NCBI GenBank assembly: GCA_038841535.1
Contig: JAWBTQ010000002.1
Location: 77,463-141,462, forward strand
Length of the DNA stretch: 64,000 nt
Reading direction: 5' to 3'
Source of the DNA: Sulfolobales archaeon
GTDB taxonomy: Archaea > Thermoproteota > Thermoprotei_A > Sulfolobales > NBVN01
Within the stretch, counting starts at the first letter, position 1; each line of letters begins with the position of its first letter. A program made the position numbers and the translations under genes. The notes beneath the pieces are model-generated. The model did not search any database. It was not told the DNA's origin and was given only the letters and a program-made list of their open reading frames with translations. Shown piece after piece: positions 36,716-45,561 of this stretch.

Positions 36716-37263
36716 GGCTTACGACCTTAGTAGAGGTCGTTAAGCAGAAATAAGCTCCTGCACTCATCAAGCAGGAAAGCTCTCTAACCTTAGCAAGGGA
36801 GATATAGTTCACGCAAGAGCTAGTGGAAGATCATGCGCACTCCCAGTCTTTCTTAAAGTCTAACACGCCGCAGTACTTGACGGGGCACTTACCTAATGCG
36901 CTGTTTAACTGGAGTTTCTAGGGACAAATGTTCAGGGCGGGTCACGCTTAGTAAGCGCTACTCTCTATTATGCTGGATATTAATATCCGGTGTTGTAGCT
37001 AAGAAGAAGCTAGAGAAACTTGGACATAAGTCCGGTGCTTGGTTGAGGGAGTGTTCGCAGATTTTGGAGAGAATGTTGTGGCAGCACTCAGTGAGGGGCT
37101 TGTGGAGAACTCGAAGAATGCGCGATAAGGCAGACATAGTCGTTCATATATTCTACAGCTACTATCTACTTCTAGACCTTTCAGTACGTAGGGTAGGTTA
37201 TGAGGAGTTCAAATAAGTAGAATACTTAACTTCTACTCTACAGCATCAAGTTGGTGACCTAGT

Positions 37264-37887
37264 TTGGAGGTTTTGAGGGGAGTACACCTAGTTAGGGGAG
37301 AGGTATCAAACATATATGTAATAGAAACAAGCTCAGGGAACATCCTAGTTGACGCAGGAACCCCGAACGACCCTGAAAGGATTCTCTTATATCTTAGATC
37401 TTCCGGGCTTAAGGTAGAGTTCATTTTCGTAACTCACGCCCACTGGGACCATGTCGGAGGACTCAAAGCAGTGAAGGAAGTTACGGGTGCGAGTGTTGTA
37501 GCCCACGTAGATGAGGCTCCCTATATACGCGGAGAGAGTTCTACAAGACGCAGATTCGAGCCAGTTAACGTAGATATCTTAGTGAAAGATGGAGACAGCA
37601 TTTTAGGGCTTACAGTCATTCATACTCCTGGACACACTCCTGGTAGTTCATGCCTCTTCGACAGTGGGAGGAGGACCATCTTCGTGGGGGATCTAGTTTA
37701 CGAGGAGGGTGGAGAAGTTCGTGAGATGCTCCACCAGTATTCTCGCGATCCTTACATGAACAGGGAGTCTATAGCTAAGCTAATTGCATACGACTTTGAC
37801 CACTTGCTGCCAAGCCACGGGAACCCAGTGCTGGGAAAGGGTAGGGAGATGCTGAAACTTCTTGTCGAGAGCTTTCACCCGATGTAG
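37264..37887 (+). CDS. metallo-beta-lactamase-fold hydrolase
   Basis: 207 aa. VTHAHWDHVGG (HxHxDH), HTPGHTPGS, LLPSHG. TTG start. Confidence 0.85.
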   Translation: MEVLRGVHLVRGEVSNIYVIETSSGNILVDAGTPNDPERILLYLRSSGLKVEFIFVTHAHWDHVGGLKAVKEVTGASVVAHVDEAPYIRGESSTRRRFEPVNVDILVKDGDSILGLTVIHTPGHTPGSSCLFDSGRRTIFVGDLVYEEGGEVREMLHQYSRDPYMNRESIAKLIAYDFDHLLPSHGNPVLGKGREMLKLLVESFHPM

Positions 37888-38014
37888 GGGCAATATAGAT
37901 GCTGATCTCTCTGTTAAGCAAACTTCATTCACTCATAGCCTCTAGTATCCAATACCTTACCTATGGGTAACCTATTTATAATGTTTCTTCTAGAGTAGTA
38001 GTTGGTGGTTTTAC

Positions 38015-38569
38015 GTGGTTAGACCTATGACTAAAGATGCTTTACTAACTGCTTTCGGAGGAGAGTCTATGGCTCACACAAGGTACTTAATTTTTGCTGA
38101 TGTAGCGAGGAAAGAAGGCTTTAGCAATGTTGCGAGACTTTTTGAAGCTGTAGCTTACGCTGAGTTAGTTCATGCCAGTAACCACTATAGGGCTCTTAGA
38201 GAGTACAATGAGGATGCCAAGGTGGCTGCCGGGACTCCCATAGGACCTGGAAACACCAGTAAGAACCTGGAGCTGGGGATCACGGGTGAGGATTACGAGG
38301 TTAGTGAGATGTACCCGGTATTTCTAGAGATAGCTAAACACCAGGGAGAAAAAGAAGCCGAGAGGAGCTTCTACTATGCGTACATGGCGGAACAAATCCA
38401 CGCGAGGTTATATAGGGAAGCGAAGAGCTATGTAGACCAAAAACGAGATTGGCCTCTAGAGGGTAAAGTATGGATATGTCCGGTCTGCGGGCATACTCAC
38501 GTCGGGGTCGACCCCCCAGAGAAGTGCCCAGTCTGCGGTATACCTAAGAACCTCTATAAGGGTTTCTAA
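38015..38569 (+). CDS. rubrerythrin
   Basis: 184 aa. Ferritin-like diiron helices (GESMAHTRY, AYAELVHASNH, EVSEMYPV, AEQIHARLY) plus a C-terminal rubredoxin-type CPVCGH...CPVCG. GTG 38015 or ATG 38027 start. Confidence 0.9.
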   Translation: MVRPMTKDALLTAFGGESMAHTRYLIFADVARKEGFSNVARLFEAVAYAELVHASNHYRALREYNEDAKVAAGTPIGPGNTSKNLELGITGEDYEVSEMYPVFLEIAKHQGEKEAERSFYYAYMAEQIHARLYREAKSYVDQKRDWPLEGKVWICPVCGHTHVGVDPPEKCPVCGIPKNLYKGF

Positions 38570-38571
38570 AC

Positions 38572-39765
38572 CTAGGTCAAGTTTTTAACTAAGTAGTTAT
38601 ATGCTAGAAGAGCGTGGAGTGCCGTTCCCTTCCAAAGGGCTTCTTCATCAACGTCGAACCTGGGGTGGTGGTGAGGATATACTATGCCCTTACTTTCGCT
38701 TCGAGTTCCCAAGATTACGAACGCTCCCGGAACCTTCTGGAGGTAGAACGAGAAGTCCTCAGACCCCATACTCATAGGTGCTTCGGAAGTCGGCCCCAGC
38801 TTGCTGGCAACCTTCATGACGAAATCGGCTAGCTCGGACGTGTTTATTACTGGCGGGTAAGGAATCCCAGTAACCTCGACTTTGCCCTCACACTCCCAAG
38901 CTGCCGCATAGTGCCTTACTATTGCCTCAATTCTAGATAGCACCCTGTCTCTCACAGACATGTCGAAAGCTCTGAGTGTGCCGTAGATCTCGACGGAGTC
39001 AGGTATTACGTTACTAGCCTTACTTGCCTCGATTCTAGGCGTTGAGACGACGATAGGTGTGAGAGGGTCTACGTTTCTGGCCACTACCTTCTGGATAGCG
39101 TTGTATATGTCTGCAGCTGGCACCGTGGGGTCCTTGGTTAACTCAGGGTGGGCAGCATGACCTCCTAAACCCTTGATCTTTATTACGAATGACGTAGAAG
39201 ATGCGTTCATAGATCCCTTTCTTGTAGCTATCACACCAGACGGAAGCTCTGACCACACGTGAATACCGAAAACGGCGTTTACGTCATCAAAAAAGCCCTC
39301 TTCTACGATTTTCTTCGCTCCAGCACCTCCTTCTTCAGCGGGTTGAAATACTAGCTTAACTGTTCCCCTTAACTTACTTTTAATAGAGGATAGAACTCTA
39401 GCTGCTCCTAGAAGCATGGCTACGTGAGCATCATGACCACAAGCATGCATTTTCCCCGGAATCCTTGATTTATACGGAACATCGTTTTCCTCCTGTATTG
39501 GGAGAGCGTCCATATCGGCTCTTAGTGCGAGAGTCCTCCCTTCACTAACCCTTAGTATACCAATAACTCCCGTACCAGCGGTACGGGCGACTTGAAACCC
39601 TAAACGCACTAACTCTTCCTCAACTAGCTTCGATGTCCTGTACTCCTCATACCTTAGCTCGGGATACGAGTGGATATCGCGTCGAACTTTAATGATGTAG
39701 TCGCTCATAAGCTTAGAGGCATTAATAATCTCTTCCTCTACGGGATCTAAGCTCATTTTTATCAC
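38572..39765 (-). CDS. M20D-family amidohydrolase / carboxypeptidase
   Basis: 397 aa. RRDIHSYPELRYEE, LRADMDALP, MHACGHDAH, FQPAEEGGAGA, HHPRFDVDE. Confidence 0.85.
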   Translation of the reverse strand: MIKMSLDPVEEEIINASKLMSDYIIKVRRDIHSYPELRYEEYRTSKLVEEELVRLGFQVARTAGTGVIGILRVSEGRTLALRADMDALPIQEENDVPYKSRIPGKMHACGHDAHVAMLLGAARVLSSIKSKLRGTVKLVFQPAEEGGAGAKKIVEEGFFDDVNAVFGIHVWSELPSGVIATRKGSMNASSTSFVIKIKGLGGHAAHPELTKDPTVPAADIYNAIQKVVARNVDPLTPIVVSTPRIEASKASNVIPDSVEIYGTLRAFDMSVRDRVLSRIEAIVRHYAAAWECEGKVEVTGIPYPPVINTSELADFVMKVASKLGPTSEAPMSMGSEDFSFYLQKVPGAFVILGTRSESKGIVYPHHHPRFDVDEEALWKGTALHALLAYNYLVKNLT

Positions 39766-39914
39766 AAGTACATTTCAACTAATCAGGTAAAAACCTTCGA
39801 ACTGTTTTGATGATACTAGAAATAGCTAAGAAATCCTCTGTTCTGTTTGGATTTCCAAACCTGTGAGGAGTTAAGGTTTAATAACTTTGTTTTACTAATA
39901 GTAACGGTGATAAA

Positions 39915-40358
39915 ATGTCTTTAAACCTTATAAAGTACGCTAAGGAAGTCGAGGAGAGAGCTTTAGACTCTTACCTTCACAATACGAGGGTTCTGAGGCT
40001 TAGTGGGATAGACTTAAAAGACCTCGAGGACGTGGTTAAGAAGGTGTCGATCGAGACATGGATCCACAAAGAGATTGTAACTGGGATGCTGAAGGCGTAT
40101 CAGGAAGCTCTAGATAGAGTGGTTGAAGTCATGCGGGATGTTGAAAGTATTACACCTACCGCTATCGAGAGAGCAGTTCTCGTGAAAATCCTGAAAGAAC
40201 ATCTACAGATAGAGACCGACATGATCGAAACATATAAGAAGCTTGCTAATGAACTCAAGTACCCAGTCCTTAAAGCTATTGCCGAGGCTTTAGCAAGAAA
40301 CGAAGAAGAGCACCACAAAATGATTAGCGACCTAATCAGAAAGTACGAAGAAACGTAA
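39915..40358 (+). CDS. hypothetical all-helical protein, possibly ferritin-like
   Basis: 147 aa. Heptad-rich, with E/H-containing segments (ETWIHKE, LQIETDMIETY, NEEEHHKM) loosely reminiscent of diiron four-helix bundles. Weak assignment. Confidence 0.4.
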   Translation: MSLNLIKYAKEVEERALDSYLHNTRVLRLSGIDLKDLEDVVKKVSIETWIHKEIVTGMLKAYQEALDRVVEVMRDVESITPTAIERAVLVKILKEHLQIETDMIETYKKLANELKYPVLKAIAEALARNEEEHHKMISDLIRKYEET

Positions 40359-40436
40359 AAACATGTGAGTAGCAATTAACTCGCCACATTACTCTTATAT
40401 TTACCTACATCGATAGTTTTTACTTGGAGATAAGCC

Positions 40437-40631
40437 TTGAAGTGCCCCTTCTGTGGCTATGATGGTCAGCCCGAAGTAGCTAAAGAGTGGAAATTCAGGT
40501 TCTATACGGTTCAAAGGGTTAAGTGCCCTAGGTGTGGTGGGATATTTAATCACTACGCTGGAACAACACCAGCGGGGAGGTTCTCAGAGTTTATAATTAG
40601 AGTTAAACCAAGGCCAAAGAGTGGAAGATAG
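40437..40631 (+). CDS. small zinc-ribbon protein
   Basis: 64 aa with CPFCG ... CPRCGG pairs 26 residues apart and a basic C-terminus. TTG start. Confidence 0.5.
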   Translation: MKCPFCGYDGQPEVAKEWKFRFYTVQRVKCPRCGGIFNHYAGTTPAGRFSEFIIRVKPRPKSGR

Positions 40632-40756
40632 GTCTATTGCTCCAGCCTCATCACTTTATCAACCCTAATTTTGTTTTAGCAGCAAGCCCTTACTCTTTTA
40701 GTGTAGTGAAGAGGTCAAATTTATATAGTTATGTTGGCTATTAAGGCGGTGGAACG

Positions 40757-41740
40757 TTGAGAATAGGTGTTTACGGTTTTGGAGCCATTGGGAGGTTAGC
40801 TTCTAGGCTGATCCTAGAGCGCGGGCATGAGCTCGTAGGGGCTGTAGATATCGATGAGAAAATTGTTGGTAAAGACGTCGGTGAGCTTCTGGGCGTAGGT
40901 AGTTTAGGAGTCGAGGTGACTAAAGACGTTAGTGAGCTTGCCGATGCCGACGTAGTGATACATGCTACTGGGTCCTACCTTGATAGAGTCTTCGACCAGA
41001 TAGCCTCCTTAGTAAAGATAGGTGTTCACGTAGTCTCTACGTGTGAAACTCTCTCCTATCCCTACTATAGATACCCAGTTCTTGCCTTAAGGTTAGATGA
41101 ACTGGCTAGAGCTTTCGGGTCTGTAGTAATTGGGACGGGCATAAACCCAGGTTACTTACTTGACACTTTAGTAGCGGTCCTAGCGGCTTCGGTTCCGTCA
41201 GTCAAGAGAGTGAAGGCTGTGAGAAGTCTAGACGCAGCTAAGAGAAGAGAGCCGTTTAGAAAGAAGATAGGTATCGGTGACGACCCAAGAGTTGTTGAAG
41301 AAAGGATAGCTAGAGGTGAGATCACAGGGCATGTAGGGTACGCTGAGTCGGTATACCTCATAGCACTAGCTGGGGACCTTAACCTCACGAAGGTGGTCGA
41401 GTGGCAGGGTAGTGTACCGGCTGAAGCAGATATCGAGTCATCAGGGATTAAAGTAGAGAAAGGCAAGAACAAGGGGATCGTAGGGTATGGTGCCGGTTTT
41501 GTGGGCGAGCGGGAAGTAGTTAAAGTCGTTTTTGAGGCTTACGTTGGCGCCCCAGAGCACGAAGAAATTGAGGTTGAGGGTCATGAGTACTCAGTTAAGT
41601 GGAGGAGTACTGGAACACCTGGGGACTTAGGTACAGTAACTGTAGCTTTAAACGTAGCTGAGAGAGTCCCGTATATGTTGCCCGGGCTTAGGCTAATGAC
41701 TGACATGCTACCATTTAAGATCAGGTTTGTTAAGGGGTAA
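40757..41740 (+). CDS. DapB-like NAD(P)-dependent amine dehydrogenase family protein (2,4-diaminopentanoate dehydrogenase-like)
   Basis: 327 aa. MRIGVYGFGAIGRLASR Rossmann N-terminus, IGTGINPGYLLDTL, GHVGYAESV. The family call is from overall pattern only. Confidence 0.6.
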   Translation: MRIGVYGFGAIGRLASRLILERGHELVGAVDIDEKIVGKDVGELLGVGSLGVEVTKDVSELADADVVIHATGSYLDRVFDQIASLVKIGVHVVSTCETLSYPYYRYPVLALRLDELARAFGSVVIGTGINPGYLLDTLVAVLAASVPSVKRVKAVRSLDAAKRREPFRKKIGIGDDPRVVEERIARGEITGHVGYAESVYLIALAGDLNLTKVVEWQGSVPAEADIESSGIKVEKGKNKGIVGYGAGFVGEREVVKVVFEAYVGAPEHEEIEVEGHEYSVKWRSTGTPGDLGTVTVALNVAERVPYMLPGLRLMTDMLPFKIRFVKG

Positions 41741-41746
41741 TCTCAG

Positions 41747-43111
41747 GTGGACTACTCAACCTTAGAGAGCAGGCTGAGTAGCCTAATAAGTGAGCTCGAG
41801 AGCGAGTACCTCAAGAGAACACCGAAGAGTAAAGAGCTCTTTGAAAAGTCAAAGAAGCTTACTCCCGGTGGGGTAACCTACTCGATTAGATACTTCAGAC
41901 CACACCCTGTTTACGTTTCGAGAGCTGAGGGAACTAGGGTTTGGGACGTCGACGGTAATGAGTACGTAGACTACTGGATGGGTCACGGAACCCACATCCT
42001 GGGTCACGCACCAAAGTTCGTTCTCGATGCTGTAGTAGAAGCTATGAGGTCGGGAACTCACTTAGGCTACGAGAACCCCTACGCTGTGGAGTACTCTGAG
42101 CTACTAACGAAGGTCGTGCCTGGCCTAGATATGGTTAGGTTCGCTAACAGTGGAACTGAAGCCAATATGTACACGCTCAGGCTTGCTAGAGCGTTTACAA
42201 AGAGAAAGTACGTAGTTAAAGTCGAGGGTGGTTGGCACGGTGGATACGATGCATTACATACAGCTGTTTCTCCCCCGTTCACTGGTCCTGAATCAGCTGG
42301 ACTCCCCGATGAGTACTTAAGGTATACTCTATCTGCTCCATATAATGACTCAGAAGCAGTTGAGGAGCTATTGAGGAAGCACTCTGTTGGGGCTGTTATA
42401 GTTGAGCCTGTACTCGGGGCTGGTGGTTGCATAGCTCCTGTAGGTAATTACCTCAAGGAGCTTAGGGAGCTTACATACAGGTACGGTTCTCTACTAGTAT
42501 TTGATGAAGTGATTACGGGGTTTAGGCTCGCACTAGGAGGAGGTCAGGAGTACTTTGGTGTTAAAGCAGACCTAGTGGTCATGGGAAAAGTTGTTGGTGG
42601 AGGCTTTTCGGGCGCAGGTGCCTTTGGTGGGAGAGCAGAAATCATGGAGTTACTGGATCACTTGAAGATTCATGATCCAAGGTCTAGAGCCTTCCACGGA
42701 GGGACGTTTGTCGGTAACCCAGTCAATATGGTAGCTGGGTATACCTTGGTTAAGTACCTAGCTGAGAACAAGTCGCTTTATGAGGTTGCAAACAGAATGT
42801 GGGAAGAGTTTAGGAAGTACGTGGATAAAGTCTGTGAAGAATACGGAAGAATATGCTGGTCGACTGGTGCTGGAACCATGACCGGTATACACTTCACTAA
42901 GTTGAGGCCGCGAAACACTAGGGAGGTTTACGAGCTAAGGTGGAGTAAGCAGATTGAGTACGCTTACCACCTCTACTCGAGATTAAGTGGTGTACTCTAC
43001 ATAAGCGAGAAACTAATACATCTTCTGCCGTCACTAGCTCACTCGAGAAAAGAAGTTGAGCTATTTACAGATGTCTTTAGAAGCTTTTTAGCTAGAGTTC
43101 TCAAGGCCTGA
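41747..43111 (+). CDS. class III PLP aminotransferase / glutamate-1-semialdehyde aminomutase-like
   Basis: 454 aa. FANSGTEANM, FDEVITGFRLALGGGQEYFGVKADLVVMGKVVGGGFSGAGAFGGRAEIME (PLP Lys in MGK), GGTFVGNP. GTG start 6 nt after the upstream stop. Confidence 0.85.
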   Translation: MDYSTLESRLSSLISELESEYLKRTPKSKELFEKSKKLTPGGVTYSIRYFRPHPVYVSRAEGTRVWDVDGNEYVDYWMGHGTHILGHAPKFVLDAVVEAMRSGTHLGYENPYAVEYSELLTKVVPGLDMVRFANSGTEANMYTLRLARAFTKRKYVVKVEGGWHGGYDALHTAVSPPFTGPESAGLPDEYLRYTLSAPYNDSEAVEELLRKHSVGAVIVEPVLGAGGCIAPVGNYLKELRELTYRYGSLLVFDEVITGFRLALGGGQEYFGVKADLVVMGKVVGGGFSGAGAFGGRAEIMELLDHLKIHDPRSRAFHGGTFVGNPVNMVAGYTLVKYLAENKSLYEVANRMWEEFRKYVDKVCEEYGRICWSTGAGTMTGIHFTKLRPRNTREVYELRWSKQIEYAYHLYSRLSGVLYISEKLIHLLPSLAHSRKEVELFTDVFRSFLARVLKA

Positions 43112-43123
43112 TTCAGTTCTGCT

Positions 43124-44131
43124 TTAAGGAGCTTTCTCCTCAAACTCTACGTATCCTTGGTGAGTGCTAATGCTAACCGTTATCCTGAGCTCAACTCTAC
43201 CTCTCCATACCTCACTTACGGCTTTAAACACCTCTTTAGTGATGTCTTTCGAGACGGTTCTATAGGACGTGGGTACGAGCTGCACTACCCTATTAAGGGG
43301 GATAACTACGCCTATGCTTAGCTTCAGACGGTCCTTCTTAAGCTTGTAGTCTAGGTTCTCCACGACGAAACCGAACCTCTCTGACGTTTTCAGTATAGCA
43401 GCTAGAACCCTCCATAATGCGGGGTCATCGGATTCTAAGTAGGTTCGGTAAGTTTCCATTACCCTTCCACTAACGTGTTCTTTAACTCTAGACTCCAACT
43501 CTACCCTCCTAAAGTACAGGTTTCTCTCGACTAGATCTTTTATTACTGATAGCGCTACATGTAGAGGGTAGCGCAGATTCCCAACCCACTCGACCACTAA
43601 CTTGATGTCTTCTTCTCTCTGTTCTATATGTAAAGAAGATAGTGTGAGACCTTGAGCTCTAAGCTCACTTAGAAGTCGTACTTGAACATCAAAAACTTCC
43701 TCTATCGAAACTCGTGGGGGTAATGGCTTGGGTGGAGCGGCTTTATGCTCCTTGATTCTTCTCACGACGTCAGAGTATTTTGCCTCAAAATCCTGTTCTG
43801 ATAGCTCGTACACTATCACTTCACCTCCGGAAGTCCCGGCAGCTTCAACTATCTTGTCCAAGGCCTCACCTCCTGTAAGGTCTTCACCGATCGACTTAAA
43901 GTAGGCAGCTATGAATAGACCGCGAAGTATTACTATACTCCCCTCAGCCTCTCTAACACGTACTCTAGCAAAACATAGCTTCTCAGCACAGACACTCATC
44001 AAGACCTTTGCTAAATCTTCTCCCGCGCTTATACTCTTGACTAGCACTATCGAACCTTTTAGTAATGCTTCTAGCCGTAAAGACATCTCATCGATAGTAT
44101 CGCTAGCAAATCTCAATACGTCTTTCTCCAA
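43124..44131 (-). CDS. hypothetical protein
   Basis: 335-aa ORF with protein-like composition, a Pro-rich linker (KAAPPKPLPPRV) between two halves, and no motif I recognise. Confidence 0.55.
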   Translation of the reverse strand: MEKDVLRFASDTIDEMSLRLEALLKGSIVLVKSISAGEDLAKVLMSVCAEKLCFARVRVREAEGSIVILRGLFIAAYFKSIGEDLTGGEALDKIVEAAGTSGGEVIVYELSEQDFEAKYSDVVRRIKEHKAAPPKPLPPRVSIEEVFDVQVRLLSELRAQGLTLSSLHIEQREEDIKLVVEWVGNLRYPLHVALSVIKDLVERNLYFRRVELESRVKEHVSGRVMETYRTYLESDDPALWRVLAAILKTSERFGFVVENLDYKLKKDRLKLSIGVVIPLNRVVQLVPTSYRTVSKDITKEVFKAVSEVWRGRVELRITVSISTHQGYVEFEEKAP

Positions 44132-44227
44132 CTTTACACCACAAACAGTCGAGTTTAGTAACTAATTAATTGATATATGACCCGTATAATTTCTTAATTT
44201 ACTACGCAATAACCTATTGGTGAGCAA

Positions 44228-44524
44228 ATGGTGACTCACGAGTTTCTCAAGGTTAAGAGGCTTGAACACGGTGTTTTAGGACTAGAGGTAGCTCTACCTA
44301 ACTCTCCACCACTAATACTCCTCGCGGGTAGGAAGGCCTTCATAATGTGCGGATACCTTAATATAGAGCTAGCAGAAAAGCTAGGTGTCCCGTGCGTTCG
44401 CGTAACGGGAGTAAAAAGCGTTGAGGACTTGCTAGAGAAAGAAGTTCAAGAAGTAACAACTAAAGCCAGGGACATGAGTATCTCCCCTGGACTTAGAGTA
44501 AGGGACATACTAGATAAGCTCTAG
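44228..44524 (+). CDS. DUF1805 (YunC-like) family protein
   Basis: 98 aa. LILLAGRKAFIMCGYLNIELAEKLGVPCVRVTGVKSVEDLL closely follows the YunC/DUF1805 pattern as I recall it. Confidence 0.7.
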   Translation: MVTHEFLKVKRLEHGVLGLEVALPNSPPLILLAGRKAFIMCGYLNIELAEKLGVPCVRVTGVKSVEDLLEKEVQEVTTKARDMSISPGLRVRDILDKL

Positions 44525-44750
44525 CCGTAATGAGAGCGTCTCCTAGTTCTCCCCTCATATTATAAACATTTTTGATTAGAAAGCGGAAACGGGATCTTTA
44601 GCTCTCTGCTGTGTTAACGATCCGAAGCCTATGACCTTCAGCCTCTCGAGGTTCGGCTGAAGCAGTGCAGAGCTAAAAGTCCCGCCCTTTTCTCCAACTT
44701 TCATTGGTATCTAGAAACTGCCTATAGTGTCATTGGTGGCTTTGGGTTAA

Positions 44751-45344
44751 CTATTTCGGTACTTCGTGGTGTTTTCTGCACCTGGCTTCGTAGCTCTCTC
44801 GACCGCCGATCAGTACCCTGGGGCTATCGTAGGGAGCTGGTCTTCCATCTAGTAACCTCTGGGTTCTAGTTGCGGGTCTTCCACACTTTTTTCCGTCTTT
44901 ACCCGTGTGTGTACAGACAGCTCTCAGGACTCTAATGTCGTCTGCGTGCGGTAGGATCTCTTTGACTACCTCCCACGGCTCTCCTCTGAAGTCAAGGTTC
45001 AGAGCTGCTACTATGACTAGCCTATCGCTACTTAAGTCCAGCAGGAACTTTACGAGCTCTTTTGAGTATTCGAAGAACTGGAACTCGTCTATCCCGATGA
45101 CGTCGTGCTCTAGTAAGATGTCTCGTACTCTGTAGAAGCCAGCGATGTCGGACTCTACGACTAGTGCATCCATCTCGAGACCGTCGTGGCTGACGACCTT
45201 GCTACTCGAATACCTAGTGTCTGTGGAGGGCTTGACTAGTACTACTCTATACCCGGCGATAGCATATTTTCTCAGAACTCTGAGTAGCTCAGTAGTCTTA
45301 CCGGAGAACATAGGACCCACGATTATGCGCAACCCACCTACCAT
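44751..45344 (-). CDS. tdk: thymidine kinase
   Basis: 197 aa. GPMFSGKTTELL P-loop, IGIDEFQFF, and a C-terminal zinc-site pattern C...C(x26)C..HH. Confidence 0.9.
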   Translation of the reverse strand: MVGGLRIIVGPMFSGKTTELLRVLRKYAIAGYRVVLVKPSTDTRYSSSKVVSHDGLEMDALVVESDIAGFYRVRDILLEHDVIGIDEFQFFEYSKELVKFLLDLSSDRLVIVAALNLDFRGEPWEVVKEILPHADDIRVLRAVCTHTGKDGKKCGRPATRTQRLLDGRPAPYDSPRVLIGGRESYEARCRKHHEVPK

Positions 45345-45561
45345 ATGCTCCCTATTTCTAGCTAACTGAGGATACTTCTTAAAACAGCTCTAGTTCTAGG
45401 CTTGGGTAGATCGTATAGTAGGTTTCCCATGTCGCAGCTCACGGAGAATCTCTAGTGATGTATAGGTACCCTATCTCCTCGAACTTAAAATAGTTTCTGA
45501 TCTCTAGGTTACGTAATCTTCCCTTTATTAGCAGCCTGGTTTTCGCGATTACGGACGTGGC

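Noticed and set aside
36896-37216. 106-aa plus-strand ORF in the 548-nt gap between the MFS transporter and the MBL-fold gene.
   Set aside because: The Arg/Trp/Cys-rich, non-protein-like sequence has no motif. Another frame in the same region gives a short protein-like fragment (VEGVFADFGENVVAALSEGLVENSKNAR), suggesting at most a decayed remnant. It is not supportable as a gene.
44636-44662. 8-bp stem / 11-nt loop hairpin (CTTCAGCC...GGCTGAAG) between the convergent DUF1805 and tdk genes.
   Set aside because: It could be a terminator or small RNA element. Archaeal termination does not require hairpins, a single 8-bp stem in 226 nt is not statistically remarkable, and no flanking T-tract is present.
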